Source: Curvularia clavata
Taxonomy: Eukaryota
Assembly: GCA_023920165.1 (NCBI GenBank)
Contig: CP089276.1
Coordinates: 1,488,001 to 1,552,000, forward strand
Reading direction: 5' to 3'
Length of the DNA: 64,000 bases
The notes under the pieces were generated by a model. It had not been told where the DNA came from, did not search any database, and saw only the letters and a program-made list of their open reading frames with translations. How positions within the stretch are numbered: position 1 is the stretch's first letter; every line of letters begins with the position of its first letter. A program made the position numbers and the translations under genes. Positions 49,334 to 60,314 of the stretch are shown here, in pieces.

Positions 49334-51544
49334 TCACGTAGGGATGCTCTTCTTGCGGCCAAAAATGGTGCGCGTCCTGCTCTTGTCACGAGCTTTCTTG
49401 TCCGAGTTATCCTTGGTCGTGGAGCGACCGGATCGGACTGAGCGGGCGTCCGAGGCAGAGCCATCGTCCATGTATTTGTCCTTGTAGATCCAGCTGTTGC
49501 CAACCATGCTGACGCCCTTGGCCTCGGCAGCACGATAGAACTTGGCAGCCTTCTTCATATTCTTCTTGCAACCGACACCTTCAGCATAGCAGTAGCCAGC
49601 TTCGACAAGAGCGTCTGCGTCGCCCCAGTTGCCGGCAATCTCGTAGCAGCGGAGGGCAAGCGACTTGTCCTGAGGACATCCCCAGCCGTTGCCGTAGCAT
49701 TTGCCTAGCTCATAGATGGCTACTGCATACTGTGCGCGGTGCTTCTTCTTCTTGAGTTGGTCGGTCGGTTGGCCATGCTTGGTCTGGTCCTCGTCGTCGG
49801 CAATCTCAAGGTGACCCGAGTCGACGGCGCGTCGTAGCCACTGTAGGGCTTCGGCCTTGTTCTCGCGCATGCCCCAGCCGTGTCGGCAGGCCAGACCATA
49901 CCAAAACATGGCTTCTGGAAGACCGGCGCGGGCGGCAAGACGAAGGTGGTAGGTTGATTTCAGGAGCTCGCCTGCTTCGTGAAGCTCAATACCCATGTCG
50001 CAATGTTGCTGGGGGCTGATATCGCTAGTGGATCCGGCAGTGTAAGGGCGAATTGTGCTGCTGCTAGATGTGAGAGCGGGCGTACTGGGGTTAAAAGAAC
50101 GAGGTGGTGATTCGGGCGAAGGTGGACGGGCCTGAGCTTTATTGGATTGACTCGGTTGGTCCCATTTGATCTGGCTGTTGAGAAAGTCCTCGATGCCAAC
50201 AGATTTGCGATCGACTGGTCTGCCACGTGGAAGGTTGAACTTTGTATAAGTGTACGACGGCGCGGGATTGTTTGCAAAGTCACCCGACCGGCGAAAGTCC
50301 TCGCTAGCCATACTTACTGGCGTGTGGACAGTCTCTTGTGTGTAGGGTGCAAGCGGAGGTTCGTTGGAGTCCTGCCGACGAAGTTGGTGGTCAAACGAGG
50401 GCCTCATGTATGCACTTTCATCAGACGCCTGGCGCGACGGCCCGTCGTTGGACCTGACGTCGAGCGATGGGCGTGAACCGCCACGGCTCATGGGCCTCGA
50501 GAAGTTGTAGGCTGGGCGAGGAAGGTTTGCGCTGCCAATAGAGTAGTCGGACGCTGCCGAGGGTGATCGGGACATGACTGGTGCCGCGGCAGGAGCAATG
50601 GGAGAGTGGGCTCTGGACAAACTGGGGCTGGGAGACAGGTTGCGGTTCTGCTGTAGAGAATCATATGACCCGCTCAGCGACATGTCTTCAACCTCATCGT
50701 AGCTTTCGCCCTGTACTGATCTGACGCTGGGCGACAGATGAGGAGAGCGGTTAGAGCGCAAGGAGCTGGACGAGCGGGGTGGGTGCAGGTTAGGGCGCGC
50801 TTGCGGCGACTGGTGCTGATGGCCACCGGATGTCTTTCTTTGTGGGCTCAGGAACATTTTCGAGGCTGGGGCAGCTGGTATGTTAGGGCTGATGGGGGTG
50901 GCTTCGCGGACTCCAAGCTGGGGCTCGACCGACTCGGGCGAGCGGGACCTGGGAATATCAAAGTAGCCCTGGGGTGGGGTGGCAGGACTGGCCTCTGCAA
51001 TGGTAGCCATGGGGCTCTGCAGAGGGCCTACAGCGTACTGAGGCTCGAGCTCGTCGTTGCCAAACTGCGGGTAGCACGACTTGTGCTTGTCCATAGCGTC
51101 GTGGTTGGCGGACGGCTCTGGCCGCGGCGACTTGATGGGGCCGGCATCTTCGTTGGGCGAGTTGACGGTCGAGTTGGAGAGGGAGGAAAAGTAGCCGGGG
51201 CGGTTGCCAAATTCATTCTGGATGGTGAGGGGAGCGAGGCGGCTGAGGCGGCGTCCGGTCTTGTCCTGCTGCTCGAAGCGCTTTGCAAGCAGACGGCCCT
51301 GGAGGGCAAGGGCATCGAGAGGGGAAAGTGCGGGCGGCGCTTCGCCGGTGCGAGGGCTGGGCAGGTCCGACACGAGCGACAGGTTGCTCATGCTGGCGCT
51401 GGCACTGCCAATGCTGCCGAGGGTGAGGTTGTTGGTGTTGTTGTTGTAGAAGGAGGAGGACGAGTTGTTGTAGGTGGTGCTGGGGGGGTCGAAGGACTGG
51501 GAGCGGAGGTCAAGGCCGCCTGGGCGCTGTGGTCGGGTCGACAT
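49334..51544 (-). CDS. Sel1-like repeat protein with long disordered N-terminus (Nif1/Dsf2-like)
   Basis: 'LSPLDALALQGRLLAK', Ser/Pro-rich region, C-terminal SEL1 repeats 'GIELHEAG…YGLACRHGWG…IYELG…GWG…YEIAGNWGDADA…GVGCKKNMKKAAKFYR'. Confidence 0.88.
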   Translation of the reverse strand: MSTRPQRPGGLDLRSQSFDPPSTTYNNSSSSFYNNNTNNLTLGSIGSASASMSNLSLVSDLPSPRTGEAPPALSPLDALALQGRLLAKRFEQQDKTGRRLSRLAPLTIQNEFGNRPGYFSSLSNSTVNSPNEDAGPIKSPRPEPSANHDAMDKHKSCYPQFGNDELEPQYAVGPLQSPMATIAEASPATPPQGYFDIPRSRSPESVEPQLGVREATPISPNIPAAPASKMFLSPQRKTSGGHQHQSPQARPNLHPPRSSSSLRSNRSPHLSPSVRSVQGESYDEVEDMSLSGSYDSLQQNRNLSPSPSLSRAHSPIAPAAAPVMSRSPSAASDYSIGSANLPRPAYNFSRPMSRGGSRPSLDVRSNDGPSRQASDESAYMRPSFDHQLRRQDSNEPPLAPYTQETVHTPVSMASEDFRRSGDFANNPAPSYTYTKFNLPRGRPVDRKSVGIEDFLNSQIKWDQPSQSNKAQARPPSPESPPRSFNPSTPALTSSSSTIRPYTAGSTSDISPQQHCDMGIELHEAGELLKSTYHLRLAARAGLPEAMFWYGLACRHGWGMRENKAEALQWLRRAVDSGHLEIADDEDQTKHGQPTDQLKKKKHRAQYAVAIYELGKCYGNGWGCPQDKSLALRCYEIAGNWGDADALVEAGYCYAEGVGCKKNMKKAAKFYRAAEAKGVSMVGNSWIYKDKYMDDGSASDARSVRSGRSTTKDNSDKKARDKSRTRTIFGRKKSIPT

Positions 51545-53084
51545 GGTGGGCGGCGGCGGCGGCGGCAGGGCAATGGGGCAGTGAGGCGTAGCGAGGACTG
51601 AGTGAGCACTGAGCAGCGGGCAATGGTGGCTTCAGCAGGGGTGTGGCATGGAATCGGCGGCGAGGGGATGATGATGATGATGACGCCGAGCAGTCATGCG
51701 CGCAGGCCTGGGTCTGGCAAAGGTAGTGGTCGTGGTAGCAGGACGAGGGCAGCGGCGATGGATGGTGGTGGTGGTATTGGCAGCCGAGGCTGTGGGCGCA
51801 GGGGAGACGGGGAGACGGGCGAGGAGGAAAAGCAGGCGTGTGGGCGAGGGAGCGGGCGCGAAGGAGCGGATACGACGGCAATGGTCGAAAAGAAAGGTGA
51901 TGGCAGAGGCGAGGGTGAAGGGTATTGTAGCAAGCACCCAGGCGCAAGCAACCAAGTATGAGGGCAAGAGCAATAATAGCCAAACCTACACCTCCTGAGA
52001 CGGGGCGTGGAGCATGGGGCGTGCGTGTGTGGGATCCTCGCGGGCTGCCAATCGGGCGCGCTACCACGGCTTGGCCCTGCATCGACAACGGCGTGCCCCC
52101 AGCCCGCCTGAAGCCTGACACGACGCCACCACCGCCGCCGCCCCAGGCACCGCAGCACTATTGGCAGACTTCGGCCCTGCTTCCCTGCGGCCGTCTGTAC
52201 GCTGGATGCCGTGCGACATACATAGTAGTTGCAAAGCACACAGCTTCGACGTGCATGCGCTGCGAGATGGGATGGGGCCATGTCCACACGTCCTTCACCC
52301 CGGGTCATGTGACATGCCCTCTCTCTGCCCTTACTATACCACCACCACCACCTGCGACACAACGCCCACGGCTCCGACTGCCCCGTTTCACCTCGCCCTG
52401 CGCTATTCGCCCTCGTCGGCTTGCTTCCATTTTCGGCCGTGGCCGCCAATACTCCCCTCCCGTCGGCACATGAGCGTGTCACGGTCCAGAACTTTTTTTG
52501 CTCATTTAAATTGCTACCCATCCTGCGAACCGCTGTTCTTGCAACGCCCAGTGTCGAGGCACCAGGTTTCTAGTCAATAGTCCGCCTGTTGTATACACCA
52601 GGGGGCCCTCCGCTACACCTGCTCTTACTTGCCCTCCTTTCGCTTATGTACCTCGCCGGCTGCCTCTCTTTCCCGCAACCTCAAAGGGGCACTCCGCTAG
52701 CCAACCACAGACGCCGCCAAGCCCTTCCCTACACGGGTTTCATCTCGTACCCTCCTCCAATACTGCTTCTCCAACCCATCCTCCCCCCATCCACCATTAC
52801 CTAACGCGCACCCACCCGCACCCCAGCTAAAAAAAACCCCCAAGACAAAAGAAATTTCACTACCACAGACTAAGAATATGTATTCGTGTTCTCGAGTGCT
52901 TGTGCGCTGCAATCACCCTCCATGACCACCTCTCCCCATGCAATGGCGTCTTGTAGCTCCCGCAAGCACAGTCCTGCTATGACGTGCATGTCATCAAACC
53001 CTCCACACCACAACAAGACATGTTACTAGTATTTACTACTTGTTTATTTGTTTGTTTGTCTGTCGCCTCAGGCTCCTTGGCCTA

Positions 53085-54543
53085 CTAAGCAACCGCGTCC
53101 AGCTTCTCCCACGACTGCAGCTGTTGCACGCTGTCCTCTAGCTTCGGCTTAGATGCCGTGTCCAGCGACACACGCTTCAGGCCCATCATCCACCCGATGA
53201 GCCCTCGAGGTACCCAGTTGCCTACAAAATCATACGTGACGCTCCCCCGCCCAACCCGCCACACCTTGCGCGGCCGCCGCTGTGTTAGGGCGTCAAACAC
53301 ACCGTTGTGTAGTTCCCGAACCGAGCTGCCGCTTTGGTTGAGCAGCCCCCGCCGCTGTGCGACCCGTGTTTGTGCCTCGAAATTGCTTGCGTACAACGCT
53401 CTCGTCGTCGCAGGCCACGCGTGTGGGCTGCCCATGGACCGCGTCTGCAGGTGGTGCTTGGGACCCACGTTGGTCAGATCAAAAGTCCCGACATGAAATT
53501 GCACAACCTCGATGCCCAGGGTTCCCAGCTCCGCCCTGAGCACCTCCAGAAACCCTTCGAGCGCCCTCACAATCGTCGTCTCTACACTGTGGAACGGCGG
53601 CCGCAATGACGCAATGATGCTCGGCGTCAGCATCAACACCCGCGACTTGAACTCGCACACGGTCGGCAGCAGCGCCTGCGTCACGGCAATGGTATTGAGC
53701 ACTTTGGCGTTGAGTGCGTCCGACCACAGCTCAGGACTGACCGTCTCCACCGGGCCCGTAGGGTAAATCAGGTCAGGGACCAAGATGACACCGCAAAGGT
53801 TCAGATGATGTGGGGTTGCGCCTGAGAAGGCAACGTGTGGCTTACTGAGCAGTTCGTTGAAACGACTGATAGTCTCTTGCGTGCCCATTGTGTCCACCAC
53901 GTCCAAGTGCAAGGGCCGCACGTCCGCTCTTGACTCGCCTAAAATCTGCTGTTCCTCGTCCATGTTGGAACACACAATGTATACAATGAAGCCGCGGCGC
54001 TCCAGGTCCAGAGACAGCGATCGTACAATGGGCGAGTTTGGTGGACCGGCGAGGACTGTGGGTTATTAGCTCTCAACTCTACAAACTTTACGGCTCGACT
54101 ATCGCATGCTCACCCACAACTTCGCTCCTCGCTCCATTGCTCGCTCGCCGCACTCTGCGCTTGCGATTATACCTCTTTTTCTCCCGCCATACCAAGAAGC
54201 CTCCTGTTGCAAAAAACGCAACAATGGCCGCCGACAACGCCCGGTGCCTCAGCACCCAGTCTTGGAGGCGATGCAGGTAGGCGCCTGTGATGGGATGTGG
54301 GGGTGGAGGCGGTGGTCGCGGTCGCGCGCGCTCCGGAATCCATCCCTCGGGGAGACTTCTCTTGATATAACCGGCGACGTGTGCAAAGTGTGCATCGGTT
54401 GCGTCCCATATGGATCCCGTCAAGTTGCGCACGTCTCGTGAGTACTCAGCCAGCTTTGTATACGTCAGCGCGATGCGAGCGCAGCGTCAACCGCCGTTCA
54501 TCCTACTCACCACGCTGAGAATGTGTTGATCATCGTTCGACAT
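53085..54543 (-). CDS. DUF1776-like (degenerate short-chain dehydrogenase fold) protein with N-terminal membrane anchor; 2 introns
   Basis: MSNDDQHILSV exon, TM segment 'ALSAAIVAFFATGGFLVW' then a basic stretch and 'RASNGARSEVV', 'RSLSLDLERRGFIVY', 'YPTGPVET', 'VGRGSVTYDFVGNWVP'. Confidence 0.8.
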
Positions 54544-55156
54544 GCTTTCCCAGATAGAGTGTAGACTGTGTGTCAGATGAGACGAGTAGTTCCCCGCAGG
54601 CGGCGCTTCAAAAGTCTGGCGAAGTTGCCTCTCGGAGGTTATCGCACGTCCGCGGGTCGACTACGTCAACCAATGACTCGCGCTATCATCCTGCACACGC
54701 GCGCACGTGAGCAGACCTGACCAAGTCCCAGTGGCTTCTGCGCCACCTCCCTCGCGCCCACCGTACCTGGCTTGTATTGGCCTTGTGGGCGTGTGTGGGC
54801 TTGCGGGCTTGCTGCCACCCATCTGCACTTGTGCTTCCCTTTCGCTTAGACAATACCAGCCTGTCCTGTAAATACCCGTGCCTAGTACCATAGAGTGACT
54901 CCCCCTGGCCCTGTCGTCGTCGTCGTTGTCGTCGTCCTCCACCACAGAAAACGCGTGAAGTGCTGACGTGGCTGTCGCCATTCTAAGTCCTTCTCCTAGC
55001 AATCTTGGCCTTTTTTTTAACCGCCTGTTTTTCGCCTCTGCATGGACTCGAGCGTTCACTTGACTAAGATTCCTTTGCCATCAACAACAGAGCCCTGCAT
55101 CGCATCCTAGGACATCGCAAAGTGCACGGCCTGGACTTTAGGAACACCAAAACGCC

Positions 55157-56639
55157 ATGAGAGAGATTGACGCACATTTCGACGCCTATGAGCACCTAAA
55201 GCACCTTCCGCGCGATGGCGAGGCTCTACACACGCTCCGCAAGGCTGCCTCCATGGTCAAGCCTATGATGAGGAAGCGCGGCTGGAAGGTGGGCATCCTT
55301 GCAGAGTTTCTTCCAGATGAGCCTCAGCTGCTAGGTAGGGAGGCAGAAGACGGTCTAGGGATTTTGCTGATGAGTCCGTAGGTCTGAACATCAATCGCAC
55401 AGAGAGGATCCTCATTCGCCTGAGATATCACTACGACTCTAGGCAGTTCCTTTCCTTGGAGCAAGTTACAGACACACTACTGCATGAACTGTGCCATATA
55501 GTTATTGGACCTCACAATGTCGACTTCAACAATCTATGGAACGAACTTCGTGAGGAGCACCAGTCCCTCCTGATGAAGGGCTACACCGGCGAGGGATTCC
55601 TGTCGCAAGGTCAAAAGCTCGGTGGCAAACGCATTCCGCTCGATGAGATGCGCCGCCAGGCTAGAGTAGCGGCTGAAAAGCGAAAGACCACGACCAACGC
55701 CAACGCAGGAGGGCACCGTCTGGGTGGTTCACGGCCTACGGCACGCGGCGTCGACATGCGTAAAGTCATCGCAGACGCAGCTTCGCGAAGAAACAGCATC
55801 ACTGACGGATGCGCGAGCGGAAGCTCCGAAGCTGAGAGGCTCGTCAACCAGCAAGAACGGGAAAGATTTCGTACAGCAGCGGAACAGGATGATGCGAATG
55901 ATTGGGCAATTGCTCAGGCTCTGCAAGACCTCATGTACGACGAGGAGATGCAGAGGTTAGGCGCCCCGACTGGAAATGGGGGCCTGAGTTGGGATCCTGA
56001 AAATGGACTTCAGTTTGACAGTGCACCGCCTTCCCCTATCCCTTCGCCCGTTCCTTCAGCGATCCAATCCCACCACCCCATACGCAGCACAACCTATCCT
56101 CCTCCAGGCCGGCCTCAGTCTCGCCTAGTCACGCCAACATCATCAAGAACACCAGGTGCACCTCCAAAGTCTACGAGAACAACCTCGCGCCTCATCTCGT
56201 ACGAAGAAGAGCAACGGCGAAATAAGAGTCTCCCACCCACACCACCGCAGCCATCCCAACCCCAGCCCCCAGCCAGTCCTCCCACCGACCCAAACAAATG
56301 GGCATGCCCGCAATGCACACTACACAACCCACTCGACTACCTTGCCTGTGACGCCTGTGGCCTGGAGCAACCGCCTCAACCCATACCAGAGCATAAACGC
56401 TTCGGGTCGTCATATACAGCACCTACACTGCCGAAACCACCACCACAATCTGGCCTGCGAGGACAAGGCGCCACGCCATTTGAGCCTGCAAGAGGCAGAA
56501 TAGGTTGGAACTGTCTTGAGTGCGGAACTTTTATGGTGAGAACATCAAGACGCGCTGTATGGGAATTGTTGCTAACTGATTGCAGGAAAATCAGTGGTGG
56601 ACTTGTTCACTTTGCGGGACCATGAAGTTGGATTCGTGA
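55157..56639 (+). CDS. WSS1: WLM-domain zinc metalloprotease with two RanBP2-type zinc fingers (Wss1-like); introns ~55334-55381 and ~56536-56586
   Basis: 'VKPMMRKRGWKVGILAEFLP…LLGLNIN', HExxH 'LLHELCHIVIGPH', SHP-like 'FLSQGQKLGG', 'WACPQCTLHN…CDAC', spliced 'WNCLECGTFMENQWWTCSLCG'. Confidence 0.88.
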
Positions 56640-57190
56640 GGCATAGAAATCTTTTGGTGGCGAGGAAGCAAAGTTGCATGGTCCTGATACATGTGATTGG
56701 CATAACCTTGTGTCGTTTGGCTGTGTGCAGGTGCGCCCTTGCAAACAAAACATGTCAAACACAGAGAAAGTGATTCTAGACAAGGGTGGCGTTGATTGTT
56801 TGCATTTGAAACAGGGGAATATCCATCAACGATTTACGATATGCGATTTCGGGGCTATGGTTTGTTTACGGGCGGACATTGCTGACATTGTTTGGAGACT
56901 ACTGATAGATAGAAGCCACGATATGTGAGTATGATGCGTTTGTCGAACAGATAAGTGGCGATGACATTTCCTGTAGCCTGGACCCTGAGAATTGTGCTGT
57001 GCTATTTTACTCGAGTTCAATACATGTTTTGACTGCACTCTTTTTGTCTAGCATGGCTACCTGGTCATCACTGCAGCAGCTCACCCTCACTTGAATCCGC
57101 ACATGGTAGCAAACATCGACTCTACGCCTTAATAACTCCACACCCTAGGTAAACCACTCACAACAGGCAATCACCCTCCCACCACCCACC

Positions 57191-60030
57191 ATGCCCTCCC
57201 TTAAAGACCTCACCTGCACTATCGAGCTCTCCCAAGCGCACCAGCCCCTCCCAGAATATAACACCATCTACGGCGATGGCATCGTCGAAACCTGCGTGCC
57301 CATCCCCATGCAACTACAATCCTTCTCCATTCACCTCACTTCGACCAAATTCATCGCTCCCGGCATCGCCCTCTTCGTCTACATCGACAGCGTCTACCAA
57401 TGCAACCGCAATCGCCAGGGCCTCAAGCCCAGCATGCCGTCTGGCCGCCACTCTCTGGTAGATTTTCGTGTCAGGCAGAAGGAGGAGAGAAGGAGGGATG
57501 GGTCGATGGTTGCGAGGGAGTGGACGTTTGATACGCTGAGTAATGGTAGGTTGAGAATGTGATGGGGTGGGATTTGTTTAGAGAGAAGCTGATCAGAGTA
57601 GTGTCTGCAGATGAGTCGTGCGCATCGAATACTCTGGAGAATAAGGATTGTATTGAAGTCGTGGTACTACGGTGTGCCGGCTCCCGCGATCCCAAAACTG
57701 TGCCGCCGCCGATGAATCTAGATGGCGCTGGGGACTGGTCGGATTGCTATCTGGACTCAGATGCGGGATCGTCGAGGGACTACAAGTGGTCTGGATATGA
57801 TGACCGCGATCCGGAGCTCAATCGTGTGGATAAGAAATTTGGGTCTCTGCCACCGCCACCGGTGTCGCATCGTGCGCCATATGCGGAGACACTGCGCAGT
57901 GGCGAAGATTCAGAGTACAAAATTCACTACGCCAGGAACAAGGCATCTAGAGGATCTGCCTCACATCACTCGAAGCACGAGTCGAGATACTCGGGGACGA
58001 TTAGCCCACGCACACGACGCGCAGACGATCTTCCTCCTGAGGGCTTCCAGTACGGCAGTGGACCTATTCCGAGCGCAAAAGAAGGTCCTCACCGCAGAAA
58101 GGACAGCAATACGGGTCTGGAGTCAAACGGTGTTGATCAAGTGTGGCTGAACAAACTACTCAAGAATGCAGTCAAGCAGGGCGTAGAGGAGTCACGACGA
58201 GTGGAAGCCAAGTCGGAAAAGCATGACAGAGATTCAATCCACATGTCACAGAAAGAAGACTTGACGAGTCAAGCCCCAGGCGCATGGCCAGGATCCCCAA
58301 TTTCAGAATTTAAAGGAAAACTTAGCATGTCAAAGCGAGCATCATCACACAAATCCAATCGTCACAGTGACGTTGGATCGCACTGGCGCCAGTCGCAAGG
58401 CGGATGGGCCCAGCATGAGACGAAGAGTAAAGCTGGAACCCGTGTGAATTGGGACGTGGAGCCTGCGTGGGAAACAGAGACTTCCAGCAGCGGCAATGAT
58501 TGGCATTCGAATGGCGAGACGCCTTCTGAGTCTTGGGACACGGACGAGACGTGGGAGACTAAGGGAGAGGAGTGGAAGGATCCGAGTGTAACGGCGAAGC
58601 TGTGTCCTTCGACTTCACCTCCCCAGTTTGATGCCCAACATCTAATACACCCAAGGTCCTCAAAATTAGGCTATCCAACTCACTCAGAAGACAAGCCATG
58701 GGCGGACCATGCACCGTCCTCATCCCCCGCTTCGCTCAGCAGCTCAAATGACACGATACAGCCGTCCCATTACCAGAGCCATTCCCAAACATCTCGACCG
58801 AAACCCAAATCCTCTGCCCGCCCTTCAAAATCTCCACATGGTCATCATGCCCGGGATTCCTCTCGCCACACCCATCACACATCTTCCTGGCATTCATCCG
58901 TGGCCTCAAAGCCATCTGTTCCTTCCAGCATCACACACATAACGCCAGTAATCGTGAACGCCCCAGTAACCCCAGTTCCAAATCACCCACGACCGACAAA
59001 GTCGAACACGCATTCGGATACGAGAGCTTCTCTCCTGCCAGTACCGGCCTGGGTCGCGGCTGTACAGGATATACTGAAGACGCAACCGAGCGATACGCTG
59101 CCTGCACCGTATGCTGAGGCCTGGGGTAAAGAGATAAAAGATGCAGCATTAGCTTGGAATGAAGGCGGGAAAGATGCAGCATCGGCATGGGATGCGTCTG
59201 GGAAAAGTAGCCCAAGCATTAGTAGCGAGAAGAAACCTCGCTCAAAAACCTTGTCTACATGGAGTACTGTGAAAAAGCCGCTCAGTAGTCCTAGTAATAC
59301 GCCTTTGATCCCGTATACAGCATCAGCGTGGGATGAAGGCAAGAAAGATACAGGATCATCGTGGGATGGTTCCCAAAGAGGTACACCATCACCGTGGGAT
59401 GAATCTGTCAAAAACGGTCCAGCTGTTAGTGAGAAGAAGCTTCGCTCAACATCCTCGTCTACTTGGGGCACCAACAAAGACTCTACATCGGACACTAGTA
59501 AAGATTCTACCTGGGACGCAGACACCACATGGTCCTCAACACCCAAACCCTCGCACAAGACCGAGTGGACCGCAGAACCCTCCTCACCAACACCAGTACC
59601 CTGGGACACCACCCCATCAAGCAAGAAACATCGAAGCAAGAAGGCTAAGAAAGCCGACCATGCGTCGAAATCCTCCGCTGAAAAAGCACTCTCACCCAAG
59701 TCCTCACCGAAACAACCCAAACAAGACACTTGTAAAAACATTCCAGTTCCTCCCTTCACACAAAGCTGGATGTTCCCTCCCGCTTCCTCTCCCCCTCCTC
59801 CCTCAGCACCTCAGCCTCCCTCGCTGGCCCCACCGCCACGCTCACAGACCTCACATGCAAGCACAGTGAAAACCACGGTGAAAAAGTCCCCTCAGCCCGC
59901 CGCTATTCGTACTACAGAACCTACAGACTACGGTCATGCAGTTGCACGGCCAGAATATCTGGATAGCTTGGAGCGACCGTATGCTGTGTTTAGGTTCAAG
60001 TGTCGGAGGGGAGAGGAGTTGACGACGTAA
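57191..60030 (+). CDS. Hypothetical protein: globular N- and C-terminal segments flanking a long Ser/Thr/Pro/Trp-rich disordered region; intron from 57546
   Basis: 'MPSLKDLTCTIEL…PLPEY…FSIHL…FVYIDSVYQCNRNR…DFRVRQKEE' spliced to the 823-aa ORF ('IEVVVLRC'…'PEYLDSLERPYAVFRFK'). Confidence 0.78.
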
Positions 60031-60314
60031 CAGAAGATGGAGAGGGCTGGGAGAAGGAAGAGAGCGGGATGAGACATGACTGTTACCGTTAATGTATAGG
60101 TTGAGGGGGTTAGATAGGCGTTCTGGGAAGGCGCAAGTGAGTATACATATACATAATTTACTAATACCGAAAGTCAGAAAGAGAAAAAGGTCCACTGAAT
60201 TTCATCACCTTACAACACACAAACAGACTTTCGTAGGAAAAAGGATATTTTGTTTTCTAGATCTTACTACTGTTCTGATCCTCCACCCTGCTCACAAAGC
60301 CTACCATCCAATCC

